From Antechinus flavipes (lineage: Eukaryota), in assembly GCF_016432865.1 (NCBI RefSeq), contig NC_067399.1, positions 477,834,001 to 477,898,000 of the forward strand: a DNA stretch of 64,000 nucleotides, read 5' to 3'. A program made the position numbers and the translations under genes. Shown one piece after another: positions 26,433-38,282 of the stretch. The notes beneath the pieces are model-generated. The model had not been told where the DNA came from, ran no database searches, and was given only the letters and a program-made list of their open reading frames with translations. How positions within the stretch are numbered: position 1 is the first letter of the stretch; each line of letters starts with the position of its first letter.

Positions 26433-26715
26433 ACTGGCTTTCGCCATCTTTCCCAGACTAAGGAAAGTAGATCTACATTAAGACCCAATCCCATTGCTGA
26501 TTAGCATGGAAATTTTAACCTGATCCATTTTTGACTGGGCCAGTTCAGCCTTCCTTGGTCAACCCACTGGCCTTCCTCATCATAATGATGCTGAACTTAA
26601 TGTGGATGCTGGATCAACTTGGTCTGTGATAGTTCAGAATTCCTGAGCTCAAAAGATTGGGTAGCCTCAGACTTTTTAGTAGCATGGACTAGGGATGTGT
26701 CCCACTAAGCCCATC
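26433..26715 (-). pseudogene. full-length decayed 7SL (SRP) RNA retrocopy
   Basis: reverse complement aligns end to end with 7SL: gggcttagtgg...tagtcc.tgctact...ctgaggct...cattaagttcagcatcattatg...tgaactggcccagtc...caggttaaaa...gctaatcagcaatgggat...tctgggaaagatggcga. Confidence 0.9.
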
Positions 26716-27984
26716 TATTTGTCTCTTTCTCTTCAAACTTTAGGAAAGAAATTCCCCCGGTTTTGGATTAAAGATTTGAGCAAGTGAATTCCATTCAAAG
26801 CGAGTATCTCTGCACTGAAGGTCTACTCCTTAGGGTCAAAGTATCCATCCATGAAAAAACATTGGTTTTTCAGGGTCCACTGGGTCCATCTGCCTCCTAT
26901 TTGCCCCTGTTGGCAAAAAAGTCTCCTTTCTCCCACCCTTAACTCATTCACATACTCTGACCTAAATGTTCATTTTTATTAAGAAAAAATGAAAACTTGA
27001 AATACACGCTCCCTTATGTGCCTTGCTACCACCAATCCTACACTCACCTCCTTCAGAATAAATCTAAAAATGTACGTGTGGCTGCACCCAAACATCCATT
27101 GGCAGGACTGGTGTAGAGGAATTGTGACTGGAGAACAAGGTTATGTATGTTACTTTTTGGAATCAATGCTGCAAGTTTGAAATGATATATGGAGTGAAAA
27201 ATGTCTGCCCCATGCACAGAGAATACAAACCATTCTGTGCAGGGAGCGCCGAGTCGGACTGGACTGCTTGCTGTTGTTGACTGCTGTCAGATATAATAAA
27301 ACAAAATAAATCTCTGGGAACAAAAAAAATTAAAGTACCTAAATGTGCTATTGTTTTTGATTCAGTCCCCAGCTCATAAAATTGCACTCCTCCCCCCTTC
27401 CCAAGTGGTCAGATAAATAAATTAACTATAAAATATAAAAGCAAAACACATCCACAAGAAAATGTTCTTCGGGGACAGAAACTGCTCTTACTTCCCTGCC
27501 CCCTCCTTTCCTGATCCCCTCCCATCTTTCTTCTGCATGTTCATCAGAGCCCGGCCCTGTTGGACTCTGCCCCTGGGATCCAGAAAGTATTTTCTTAATA
27601 TTTGCATATGGTTAAGGAAAAAAAAAAAGAATTTTCTCACTGAAAGGCCTGGGACACTTCCATGGGAATAGTAGAGGACAAAAGTCATCTGCCCACAGAT
27701 CCTGGCAATAATAAGGAAGGCAGAGCCAGCTGTATACTGTTCTCAGGCAAGGAGAGGGAGTGAGAGGCTGGCCATTGCAGCCCACAGACTCACAACTCAA
27801 AGGGTCTTCAGTGGGGAAGCAAAACCTTGTGCTGGAGGGAGGATGAGGAGCAGCTGGGCTCAGTGAGGAAGCCTGAAGGCCCGGTCTGGGCCTGGTGCTT
27901 CAGGGTCTTTGTTGGGCTAGCATGGTGGGCTGAGGAAGCGCCAGAGACCCTCAGCCACAGCAGACTACTTATGGACTGCTCTGG

Positions 27985-28290
27985 TCAATCAATCAGCTTT
28001 CAAGCGTTTATTAAACAGTTCTGTACTAGGCCTTGTGGAGATGCAAAAAAGTGAAACTGCCTCGGCCCTCAGGGATCCTGCATTGTTATGAGAGAGGGAT
28101 CAGGAATACATGTGCATATGGCTATATGTATGTATATATATGTGTGTACACACCATACAAATTGTATATACACTTATACATAATATATTCAAAATGAATA
28201 TAAACCTGTTCTGGGAGGGAGGGCACGAGCAGTAGGGGATACATGGAAGGGGGTTAGAATTAAGAAGGTGTCAGGTATTTACTGATGTTT
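27985..28290 (-). mobile_element. L2 3' end with TA/CA expansion
   Basis: caatcaatc...gtttattaaacag...ggccctcagggatc. Confidence 0.7.
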
Positions 28291-28311
28291 AAGTTGAGAC
28301 TGAAGGTAGCA

Positions 28312-28510
28312 AGGAGACAGAGAGGCAGACAGAGACAGACAGAGAGACAGAGACGAAAGAAACAGAGAGGGAGAGAGGAAGAGAGAGAGAGACAGAGACA
28401 GACAGATAGATAGACAGACACAGAGACAGATAGAGTGACAGAGACACACACAGAGAAAGAGAGAGACAGAGACAGAGACAGAGAAACAGAAAGAGAGACA
28501 GAGAGAGGTG
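28312..28510. repeat. (GAGACA)/(GA) simple repeat
   Basis: directly visible. Confidence 0.95.
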
Positions 28511-28605
28511 AAGAGGATGCCAAAACACTGAAATTTCTAGAGGGAAAGGAGAGAAGCTAGGGAGAATGATTAACATATGGACAGAGGAAGCATTGAACTT
28601 GGAGT

Positions 28606-28653
28606 AATTTGAAGTCTCCAAATTTGAAGTCACCAAATTTGAAGTCACCAAAT
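28606..28653. repeat. 15-bp tandem repeat x3 (aatttgaagtcWcca)
   Basis: directly visible, one mismatch. Confidence 0.95.
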
Positions 28654-29814
28654 GACCAGTTAGGTCGCTTATTCTCTTTGTAATTCAGTTTCCTCAACAA
28701 TAACACAGATACCATAATAGCCCCTATCTCACAGAATTTTGGACAGGAACAAAGGAGATATTTCCAATGCATTTGATACAGTGCCTGGTACACAGTAGAT
28801 ATTTAATAAATATTTCTTTCCTCCCTCTTGGCCTTCCTTTCCCTCTCCCTTCCCCTAGTCCATCTTTAATTCTCCCCTCCCTTCCCCTTTTTTCCCCAGT
28901 GTCCCCTCCCCCAACTTTGCCCTCTCTCCCCTTCCCTTCCCATTTATAAAAGAAGTTCCATGACTTTCATGGCCACTCTCAACACTAAATCTACGACCCC
29001 TGTCAGCTCCTCACTTCCCCCACATTTAATTATTGTATCATCTCCCGTCTATACCTTCCTTTAGTTTATAATGTTCATCAGCAACAATGGAACCGGCAAT
29101 TTTCTGGAAATGACTTCCCCACAGCCTAAGTAAGGTTCTACAACAATCCAGGAAATAGAAGCTATGGGAGGAGTTGGGAAAAAACCTGGCTGAGTGACCC
29201 CCGAGGTAACCCCTGGGGCTTGCTGGTGGTCATGAGTGACCGAAGAGCCCTTCCCTCCCTGAAAATGACCTGGCACCTTAAGACTTGAGAAGGGGCTCCT
29301 GGGTCGCAAGGGTGTTCAGACTAGGTGCTCAGAAAGCTGAAGAAAGACTGTTGACTTCAGGGACAAGGGATAACGTTGTCTCTTTTAGGACTTTTCCCCC
29401 CTTCTCAGCCTATTAAACAAATTTACTCCTCTTTCCTCCCCAATGTCACAGAGGAATAAAAATGAAAATGGGCAGAACTGACCCTTGGTAAAGTTCCTCA
29501 AAACTCATCTCTTTGGTGGTGGAAATTCTCTCCTCCACACATTTTGAGGCTGTTGTAGCAGACTTGTTCCTCATTCCCCTCCTCTTTCAGGGTTTAGCAC
29601 TTGCTCCATCCACACAGGAATGTTGGACTTACTGTGAAAGTCCTCCTAGAGATACCTTCACTTTATAAAATGAGTTTATATTACAGGATTGCAGAATTTC
29701 AGAATTGAACGGAGCTAGAGACCATCTAATATCACCCCCCCACACCCAAAACACAGACACAACTGACCAAGGACTCCTTCTACAATATACCGGGTGTAGA
29801 GAAAGGAAAATCCA

Positions 29815-31400
29815 TAGTTTGCAGTTTTATAAAATTGATTTTTTGAGCCCACATGTAATATTTGACACTTGTCCTTATTTATTAGATTTGATCCATGGTT
29901 CTAGCCAATAGAGATCTTTTTCGTGCCTAATGCTACCATCCAATATCTTCACTATTGCTCCTAGCTTAATCTTGTTTGTAATTTGACAAGTACACTCCTT
30001 AAGTCTTTATCTAAGCATAAGGTTGCCTAAGATGGAGCTTTTTTTGGTTGTTTTCCTGAGCTCCCTTATTAGATGGAGGCATGGAGCCTTTTTTGTGGCA
30101 ACTTAGCCAACTATTCAAACTGAGATAGCCTCTCCCCTTCCTGTTGCATCCAGAGGCTGAGGATGCCAATTCACTCACTGAGTGGCTGATCTGAACTGAA
30201 CCAGGAGGAAAGATACCTATTTCCCTCTTTCCCTTTGATCCCAGATTTGAGAAGTTGGTCTGTGGGTATTTGTTTCTGTTCTAGGTCATTTGACCTCAGT
30301 TTTAGGTGCAAGAGACCCCCACTGGACCTGGGAGTGGGAGCCATTATGCCCTTGGAGTCACTAGTAGGAAAACCAGAAGAAACCAAGATGTCTGGGATTC
30401 AAGACACAAGAGGGAAGGGGGCAGAGTAATACCGGGAAAAGTTGGAGGCTGTTCTCTAGGAGCCAAACTGGAGGACAATCCCCAGAGAATGAATTGGTAC
30501 AAGGGGGAAGAGGATATCCCATGTGTTGGGGGAAAAGTTTGTATATTTTTGTTTATACCTTTTGAAATAAATATTTCTTTGTACAAACTAATTTGACTCT
30601 TAGTGGTTAAATAGAACTGGAATACAGAGGATCCACCTCTACACTTGTGGGTAACACCATTGGTGGGAGACTGGAAAGCATAGACACTCCTCCATCCAAA
30701 CACCCAAAGCATCCTGGAGAATTTTGGGAAAATTGTAAAATGCGACATATCTGACCTTCAGGCAGTAGAGGGGCATGGTGTTTGGTGTTAGATAAGTCTT
30801 TCATAAAAATGTTCAATATCACGTAGCCAAACACGGATCCTGGGGCACTAGAGACCTATGTGAATCATTAATGGCTATTCTTTGGGTTCTAGCTTCACCC
30901 TGTAGGAAACCAAATCTCCATATCTTGTCTACAAGAAAAATACAAGAGATTTGTTGACTACTTTACCATAATCTTTCTTTTTCTATACACACACATATGC
31001 ACACGTATATACCCATGTCTATTTAACTATATGTAGATAATATATGCATATATTTATATTTATCATATATAAAATTACTTTTTGAAGATATAATACTACA
31101 TAATTTAGTAGTTAATATTATTGTTCTTTAATGACCTATTCTTGTTGAATCACTGTTGGTTTTTTGGGTTACCATTTAACTCTAGAGACATTCACTAACT
31201 ATCCTTTTAATAATACATCATAGAATTTGACCATGAATTAAAGTAAGAATTTCTGCCCTAGACGTTTCCTTTTAAAAAAATTAATGTTTGGCTTTTTCCA
31301 GTCCTGTGGCACCTTTCCTTATTTTCCATAATCTTGAAAAAAGTTCACTCAAATTGGCTCTCTTTATATAACACCAATTTGTTGAGTACTGGATAATGTG
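29815..31400 (-). mobile_element. L3/CR1 LINE RT region, split by an LTR and a TA/CA tract
   Basis: minus strand: aaggtgccacaggactggaaaaagccaaac (VPQDWRKAN), RTQRIAINDS..VPQGSVFGYVILNIFMKDL, then KF..D.KLG..and aaatattacatgtgggctcaaaaaatcaa (KVLHLGSKNQ). Confidence 0.85.
30016..30792 (+). mobile_element. putative solo ERV LTR nested in L3
   Basis: 4-bp TSD TAAG (30012-15, 30793-96); removing it restores the L3 NIF..DLDK motif; AATAAA at 30566-71; degenerate termini cataagg (tgtaagg)...ggtgttaga (ggtgttaca). Confidence 0.65.
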
Positions 31401-31569
31401 GTCTGTCTGGGCCCATGGACTTCCATTTTTACTGGATAACTAGGTGAATGACTAACTGACCAACTGATTGAAAGTATGAGTATCAAGTGTTTATGAAGTG
31501 CCCGTCACTGAGCTAAATGCTAAGGATAGAAATGTAAAGAATTGAGATAGTCACTGATCTTATGGAAAT

Positions 31570-31810
31570 ATTGTTGTTCAGTCATGTCCAACTCGTTGTG
31601 ACCTTATTTTTTGCTTGGTTGGTTTTTTTGCAAAAATACTGGAGTCACTTTTTTCTTCTCCAACTCATTTTACAGATGAGCAACCAAGGTAAGCAGGGTT
31701 AAGTGACTTGCCAAGAATCACACAACTAGGAATTGAATGAGGACAGATCTGAACTCAGGTCTTCCTAACTCCAGGCCTGGCAATCTATCACTGAACCATT
31801 TAGCTGCTTC
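31570..31810 (-). mobile_element. MAR1 SINE
   Basis: ttgttcagtcatgtccaactc tail, aaaatactggagt, core and head. Confidence 0.85.
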
Positions 31811-32139
31811 CAAAGGATGGAATAGAAAAGGTTAAGTCTGAAGAAAGGGATCTTGTTGATTAGGTTCATGAGTTAGGTTATGGGAGAAGACAATACAATA
31901 AATGTGCCAGATGGGTAGGAAACACATCCAATAGAATGTTTTAGAAATAGCCAGGGACTGATATGGAGGCTTGATGCTGAGTGTTTTCTGGGTCTCTTTA
32001 TTTTGTAGTTGATTCTCTATTAACCATTTATTAACCATTTCTCCCTTCAAGTCCAAAAATAATTCTTCTTGGTGGAAAAATAGAGTAGGAAAACAAGGAT
32101 AGAATAGTTCTATATCTTTTCTGTTGAATGGACAAGTGG

Positions 32140-32280
32140 GTGAGCAAGTAAATGAATGAAGAATGATATATTAAATGTTTTATACATGTCAATAATGGTG
32201 GTAAATGTTGGGAATACAAAAGCAAAAGTTAATAAAATCCTTGCCCTCAAGGAACTGAACATTCTAATAGTGGGAAGGAT
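32140..32280 (-). mobile_element. L2 3' end
   Basis: gaatgatatattaaatg...ccttgccctcaaggaact. Confidence 0.7.
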
Positions 32281-32937
32281 GAGGAGAAGGAAGTGGAAGA
32301 ATGAGAAAGATGTTTGAAAATTGTTACCATGCTAGTGAATTGAATCATACTCTTTCCATTAGCAATAGGAATATTTATTTGATTTCCAAACAGGAAATTA
32401 GGGGTGGGAAAAGGAAAAATGGCGCCTGCTATACATATAATTAAGAAGATGGCAGAGGAAGCAAATGAATCATGGATGAAGTAGCCAGGCTCATAAAGAA
32501 GATGGCACGGGAGGCCCTCAGCAACTTGGACCTTGGGGGTCCCAGGGCAGCCATTCCAGAGATGAAAGCATTAAGTTATCAAGGGCATGATCTCTGTTCT
32601 GGGCAGCAAAGCAGCTGGGGAGAAGGTGAAGGAGGAGTAACATAAAATAGAGTGTTGTGAAGTGAAAAGAAAGGTGGAGTGTTATTCATTATCATTATAC
32701 CATTTTCTCAGTCACAAAATAAAACCATTGTTACTATTTGCATTTCAAAAACATCCTTAGCCCATTTTGAGTTTTAGCACTCTGAGCACCATTCTCTTAG
32801 TACTTTACCATATTCTCTTATTCATCTTCATTATCTATCCTTGCTTTCCATCTTCTGACATTTTGAGTTTGGGGTAATTGTTTTCTTGTTTTTTGTTTAA
32901 TATGGTTGATGGGTTTCTTGTAATATTTTTATTTTTA

Positions 32938-33535
32938 GCAACTCTTTTTATGCGGGCAAGGAGTTGGAAATTGAGAAGAATCCCATCAGTTGGGGAATGG
33001 CTGAACAAATTGTGGCATATAAATGTACTGGAATGCATTCTTCTATAAATTCTATAGAAATGATGAGCAGGTGGATTTAAAAAAACTAGAAAGACTTACA
33101 CGAACTGATACTGAGTAAAGTGAGATGAACCAGGAGAACATAATATACAGTAACAGTAACACTTATGTGATGATTAACTGTGAAAGACTTATAGCAACAA
33201 TGATGTAAGACAATTCCAAAAGACCCCTATTATTATCTGCATTCAGAGAAAGAACCATAGAATCTGAATGATAGATTAAAGCACACTATTTTTATTCCTT
33301 TTTTCTTTCTCGTGGTCTTTTTTTTTATTCTGATTTTACTTTCACAGAATGAATAATGTGGAAATATATCTAATATGATTGTACATGTATAATCTATATG
33401 GGATTGCTTGTCATCTTGGGAAGAAGAAGGGAAGGAGAAAAGGAAGGAGAAAAAATTTGGAAATCAAAATCTTATAAAAGTGAATGTTGAAAAATACCTT
33501 TACATGTAATTAGAAAAAAAAATTTAATACTATTA
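32938..33535 (+). mobile_element. 5'-truncated L1 3' end
   Basis: ttggaaattgagaagaatcccatcagttggggaatggctgaacaaattgtgg...3' UTR. Confidence 0.9.
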
Positions 33536-35339
33536 AGTGGAGGGGGGGGGGGAGAAAGCAATTCCTCCTGATTTGATTTTCTCTTTAAAATTTTTGTCCA
33601 TGTAAATTTTCCTGACTTTTCTCTCTATCCTCTGAAGTCTGCTCTCCCAAAATCAAAGTCACATGTAATACTAGGTATAGCTTTTCACTTCCTTACTACA
33701 GTTTCTCAGAGCCCTCACTCACATTCTCCCCAACCTTTTCCCATGGTTTCCATCAAATGAATGCCAGCATCCAGTTCTTCCTTGGTGGTGATTTTTAGAC
33801 AAAGAAAATCTTTCCTTCATTGTTCCTCAACCTTTAAAAGGATCAAATTACATTTAAGGGAAAGCAAAATCTAATTTTCTCAAAGGGAGGATTCCACTAG
33901 ATGTCTAGATCCTTCAAATGCCCCATCATGATTATATCAAGCTATCATGGCAGGATTGTGATCTGTTTCCTGAGTTACATATCTATTTCCTTCCTCTAGC
34001 TGTCCTAGGATTCTACAATTTTGGCGTTATTTTTGTGATTCTTCATTCAGCTATTTTCCATCTAGCCCTCTCATTCTACTTCCTGCATTTTCATACAAGC
34101 AAATTTTCACAATAGAACAATAAAACAAAAATAAATAAATAGAACTACAGTTTCCTTTCCCTCACTTTTTACTCATCTTGATTCTTCTGAATAAGATTTA
34201 CCCTTCCAGAATCCATTTTCCAGTTCATGAGTACCACCAATGTTCAGGAAAGCCCATGATCTTAAATTTGCCTTCTTGCATTAAGGTTTCTAATTCACCA
34301 TTGAGAAGAAATATTGAAATAAATATTTAACCCATAGGAATGAAAAACTAATGATATATATCCTAACAGCAGTATGGAATGGATTTGTTTGCTTGTTTTT
34401 GCTTGTTATTGTTGTTTTTTAATGTGGTTATCGATAGGGAGATGTCAGTCATAGGATTTCAGAGCTAAAAGTTTCCTAATTTGTTAAACTTGGGAACAGG
34501 ACCATGTGATTGCTAAAGTTTAGCGAGGATAATTGTTTACTCAAGATTCCAAAGCTATTCTCAAGATAGGATTAGAAATTCTGATCTTTGGCCTTATATA
34601 GGCTTTTGTTCTCTCCCTTACATTACACTGATTTTTTGCCTTCCTGTTGCTCTCACATCATATCCTGTAGGCAACTGGCTATTTCCATTGCCAAATCACA
34701 ATGCCTCCAAAACATATGATTAAAGACAAGGCCTATCATAGTCAGTCTTCAGCAGTTCCTGCTTGCTTTTTGTTATTCTGTTGGCTTCTGTGTTTGGAAA
34801 GGCTGGGGCATCCCATTGGTTCAACAGTATTACTTTAGACATCTACCTGGCTTCCTTGGAAGCTCATCAGACAAGCAGCATTTATGAAGGCAGGGGAGAA
34901 GGCATGGAATTGGTGCACCTGAGAGAAAGGGACAGATTTACAGCTGGAAAATGGGCAGTAGAGTCAGGAACAGAAGCTCTTCCAGGAGCTTCATCTGCCC
35001 CCAAAATCATTCCCTAACCCCATAATCCCCAATTATAGAGAAAGCATTCTACCATAATATATTCTTTCAAAAGCATGTGTCCTATAAAATACAAATAAAA
35101 TGTTCAGCACAATGATCCTGTTTCTTTCTCCTAAAAGGTTCTGACTTTTACCCACTTCTACACATAGTCTCTATGCGGCCTACTATGTGTGAGCTGATTA
35201 GTAAGTAGGACCTATGCCCTAAGTGAAAGTGAATAGGACATTGATCCTGAAGAAAGAGTACCTGATTTTGCATTCTAACTCTGTAACCTCCAGCAAACCA
35301 TTTATAACCTTTTGGGGTCTCAAAAATCCTCCTTTGTAA

Positions 35340-35560
35340 GGGCAGTTAAGTGCCGATTGGATGCAAATGCTGGTCCTGGAGTCAAGAAGACTCAGTTTCA
35401 TAAGTTCAAACCCAGCTTCAGACATTCACAGGCTGTGTGACCCTGGGAAAGTCCCTTAATCCTATTTACTTCAGCTTTCTACTCTATAAAATGAGCTGGG
35501 GAAGGAAATGGCAAACTACTCCAGTGTCTTTGCCAAAAAACCCTAAATGGAGTGACAAAG
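35340..35560 (+). mobile_element. MAR1 SINE
   Basis: ggagtcaagaagactc...aaaatgagctggggaaggaaatggcaaactactccagt. Confidence 0.85.
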
Positions 35561-36219
35561 AGGCAGCTATAACTTTAACCAAAAACAAATCCTTCTTTGT
35601 AAATCATAGGGTTTTGATTAGATGACCTCTGAGGATCCCATTAGCTCTAAATCTTATGAATTTTCCTTCTGACTACATTATAGAAAGTGGTATGTCCTTA
35701 GAATAATAATGTGGAGGCATTTGTTTTGTGGCCTAAGTGGAATTCCTTGTTTTCTTTTTCTCTTCTTCCTGTCTCCAAGAAAAAAATATAGATAGACACT
35801 GGGCAGAAGCACTTCTGAAAACTCAGTTATAGAAATGTGACAGAACTTCAGAGCTAGAGTAGGTCTCAGACATTATCTGATTGAACTTGCATTACACAAA
35901 CTAAGTCCCAGGGAGATGGCATTTGTCCAAGGTCAAGGAGCTAAGATCTCATATAATTTAGATGTATTCTATATACTGAGACCACTGGTAAACATTTCAC
36001 TGAGGGTACAATTTACCTGCTGCCCTCCTGCCTTGAGGTACTCACTCCCCAATTTCTGAGGATCTCACTTTCCAGAATGCCAGGATGAAAATTTGATTTC
36101 AAATTTCTAATAGCAGCAATCTCTATAGGGAGAACCTTCTTCTTTTACTGCTTTGAGATCCTTTCATATGAAGATTGGTTGAAGGAAGTAAGAATGGGTA
36201 GCCAAGATAAGAGAACAAC

Positions 36220-36400
36220 TCTGATAGTAAATGATTGTTTTAAGTACTTGAAGACCTGTCCTTTGGAAAAGGGATTTATTTTGCTTGGTTCCAGAGGGCA
36301 AAACCATTTGGAACCATAACCATAAGAGGAAGGTCAAGGGAAAATCAATACAGCTTATTTGTAAATGAAAATATCCTAACAACCAGACCTTCAGCCCTCA
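36220..36400 (+). mobile_element. L3/CR1 3' fragment
   Basis: ttaagtacttgaagacctgtc...ttggttccagagggcaaaac...tcctaacaa. Confidence 0.7.
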
Positions 36401-36419
36401 AGATGCTCTTGTAAAATGT

Positions 36420-36990
36420 ATTGAATTATCTGCTTGCTGATTGACATGGGTGATGGTTTCCAGAGGGAGAGAAGAAGGTGCTCTGATCTCTACCCCCTCT
36501 CCCAGTATTTGTCATTTGTCACAATTGTTCTTGTCGCCATTGTACAGAGATCTCTGAGGCTCTGTGTGTGAGTGTGTGTGTGCTGGGGGTGAACAGTGAT
36601 GGCAATAGGAGCTCGTTCTCACCGGCCAAAGGGAACCTTCCCAAAAGCTGAGGGTCTCCAGCCTGACCCCAACCCACTTCCTTCCCCTGGCAATGGGCTA
36701 GTTTCTGCCTTGCTGTCATTTCCAAGGAGCCCCATAATGGCTTGATTTGCATCTTGAAAACCTCTAATAACTTATAACAGCAAATAAATAACTAATGAAC
36801 CATCTTGCAGCTTCTCTCTGGATTGCAACCACCCCACATTTATGTTGACGTTGCCATATGGGGTGAGCTGCTCTCTGAAGCTGAGGGATTTGGAGTCCCA
36901 AGCGGTAGAGATGCAATGAATTCGTTACTTCCAGGAGTAGGGCGATTTCTCTTCTCAGCCGATATTGTGTTGCAGAGGAAGCAACAGTAA
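36420..36990. promoter_or_regulatory. unique CpG-retaining block, candidate enhancer
   Basis: about 9 CpG in 470 bp, octamer ATTTGCAT, Sox-like ATTGT motifs, no repeat recognised. Confidence 0.3.
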
Positions 36991-36999
36991 AGTCGGACT

Positions 37000-37200
37000 T
37001 AAGGGTGACTTTGCTTCAGATCCTCCCTCTGACACAAGTTATGGGGCCATGAATAAATCATTTACCTTTGGTGGGCCTTAGTTTATTCATCCATGAAATG
37101 GGAAGAATAACAGGCAGGATCCATCTCACAGGGTTTTTTTTTTTTTATGAAGTTCCAATGAGACAATGTACATAAAATCCTTTGTAAGCAAACTTTACGT
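37000..37200 (+). mobile_element. MIR SINE
   Basis: cagtttattcatccatgaaatggg core, aatgtacataaaatcctttgtaa tail. Confidence 0.7.
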
Positions 37201-37206
37201 GGATTT

Positions 37207-37430
37207 CAGTGGTCCTCAAAGTGTAGTCCAAAGAAATGTTGGGGTCTCTGAAACCCTTTCAGAGGATCTACAAATTCAAAATTATTTTTTATTTCTAATA
37301 CAGTAAGTAGCTATAAATATAACCCATGTGAACAAAAACTCTTTGAACAGATCCTTAATAGTTTTGTTTTGTTTTGTTTTGTTTTTTTAACAACATGAAG
37401 ATACTGAGAACAAAAGTTTGAGAACCACTG
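37207..37430. mobile_element. hAT-Charlie type MITE
   Basis: terminal inverted repeats cagtggtcctcaaagt / aagtttgagaaccactg. Confidence 0.85.
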
Positions 37431-37966
37431 GTTTAGATAGACGAGTTCTTCTAATTAGGGTGAGTTTTCCTTGATTTTCACCACATGGGTAATAGTTTCT
37501 CTGAGGAAAAAAGATACTGATGGTTTCATGTGTAAAAGATATGGGAAGAAGATCACAAGTTAAGTTGATGCTCCATTTCCATGAAGTCTTTCATTAAAAT
37601 CTCAATTCAAACAGAGTTGTGCCTCAGTTTCCCAAGGAGAGAAAAGAGCAAGGGGAGGGAAGAGTGGATTTTTAATTTGTCTTTGACCAGCACCATTTCA
37701 GATCCTTTTTGCTCCCGTGCCAGAAGTTAAAGGTTTCAATTCTTTTGTTTATGTCTGATTCCAATGACAGAAACTTCTGACAGATACTATTTACAGTGGA
37801 TTTCATGAAAAAAAAAAAATTGTAGGAGTATGTGGGGGGAGCCCTTAGCTACTGAAGCTTTGAAATTGACTCACATTCTGAAAACTACATTATTTTATAT
37901 CCACTCTGAAAGGGTAATATCAAACTTATGAAATATTTACTAACTTGGAGGCATAAACAACAAATC

Positions 37967-38282
37967 NNNNNNNNNNNNNNNNNNNNNNNNNNNNNNNNNN
38001 NNNNNNNNNNNNNNNNNNNNNNNNNNNNNNNNNNNNNNNNNNNNNNNNNNNNNNNNNNNNNNNNNNNNNNNNNNNNNNNNNNNNNNNNNNNNNNNNNNNN
38101 NNNNNNNNNNNNNNNNNNNNNNNNNNNNNNNNNNNNNNNNNNNNNNNNNNNNNNNNNNNNNNNNNNNNNNNNNNNNNNNNNNNNNNNNNNNNNNNNNNNN
38201 NNNNNNNNNNNNNNNNNNNNNNNNNNNNNNNNNNNNNNNNNNNNNNNNNNNNNNNNNNNNNNNNNNNNNNNNNNNNNNNNNN
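37967..38282. other. assembly gap (316 N)
   Basis: N run. Confidence 1.

Noticed and set aside
29228-29241. GGTCA-tgag-TGACC, resembling an estrogen response element
   Set aside because: The spacer is 4 nt, not the required 3.
30607-30834. Gene-like minus ORF MFGYVILNIFMKDLSNTKHH..., with an apparent acceptor near 30930
   Set aside because: The N-terminal part is the CR1/L3 RT motif (VPQGSVLGPVLFNIFINDL); the rest is antisense LTR.
33893-33906. CTCF-like ccactagatgtcta
   Set aside because: Mismatch in the GGC core; such partial hits are expected by chance.
34847-34918. Possible 72-nt minus-strand exon (strong acceptor, donor CAG|gtagat)
   Set aside because: Weak donor, unrecognised peptide and no partner exons.
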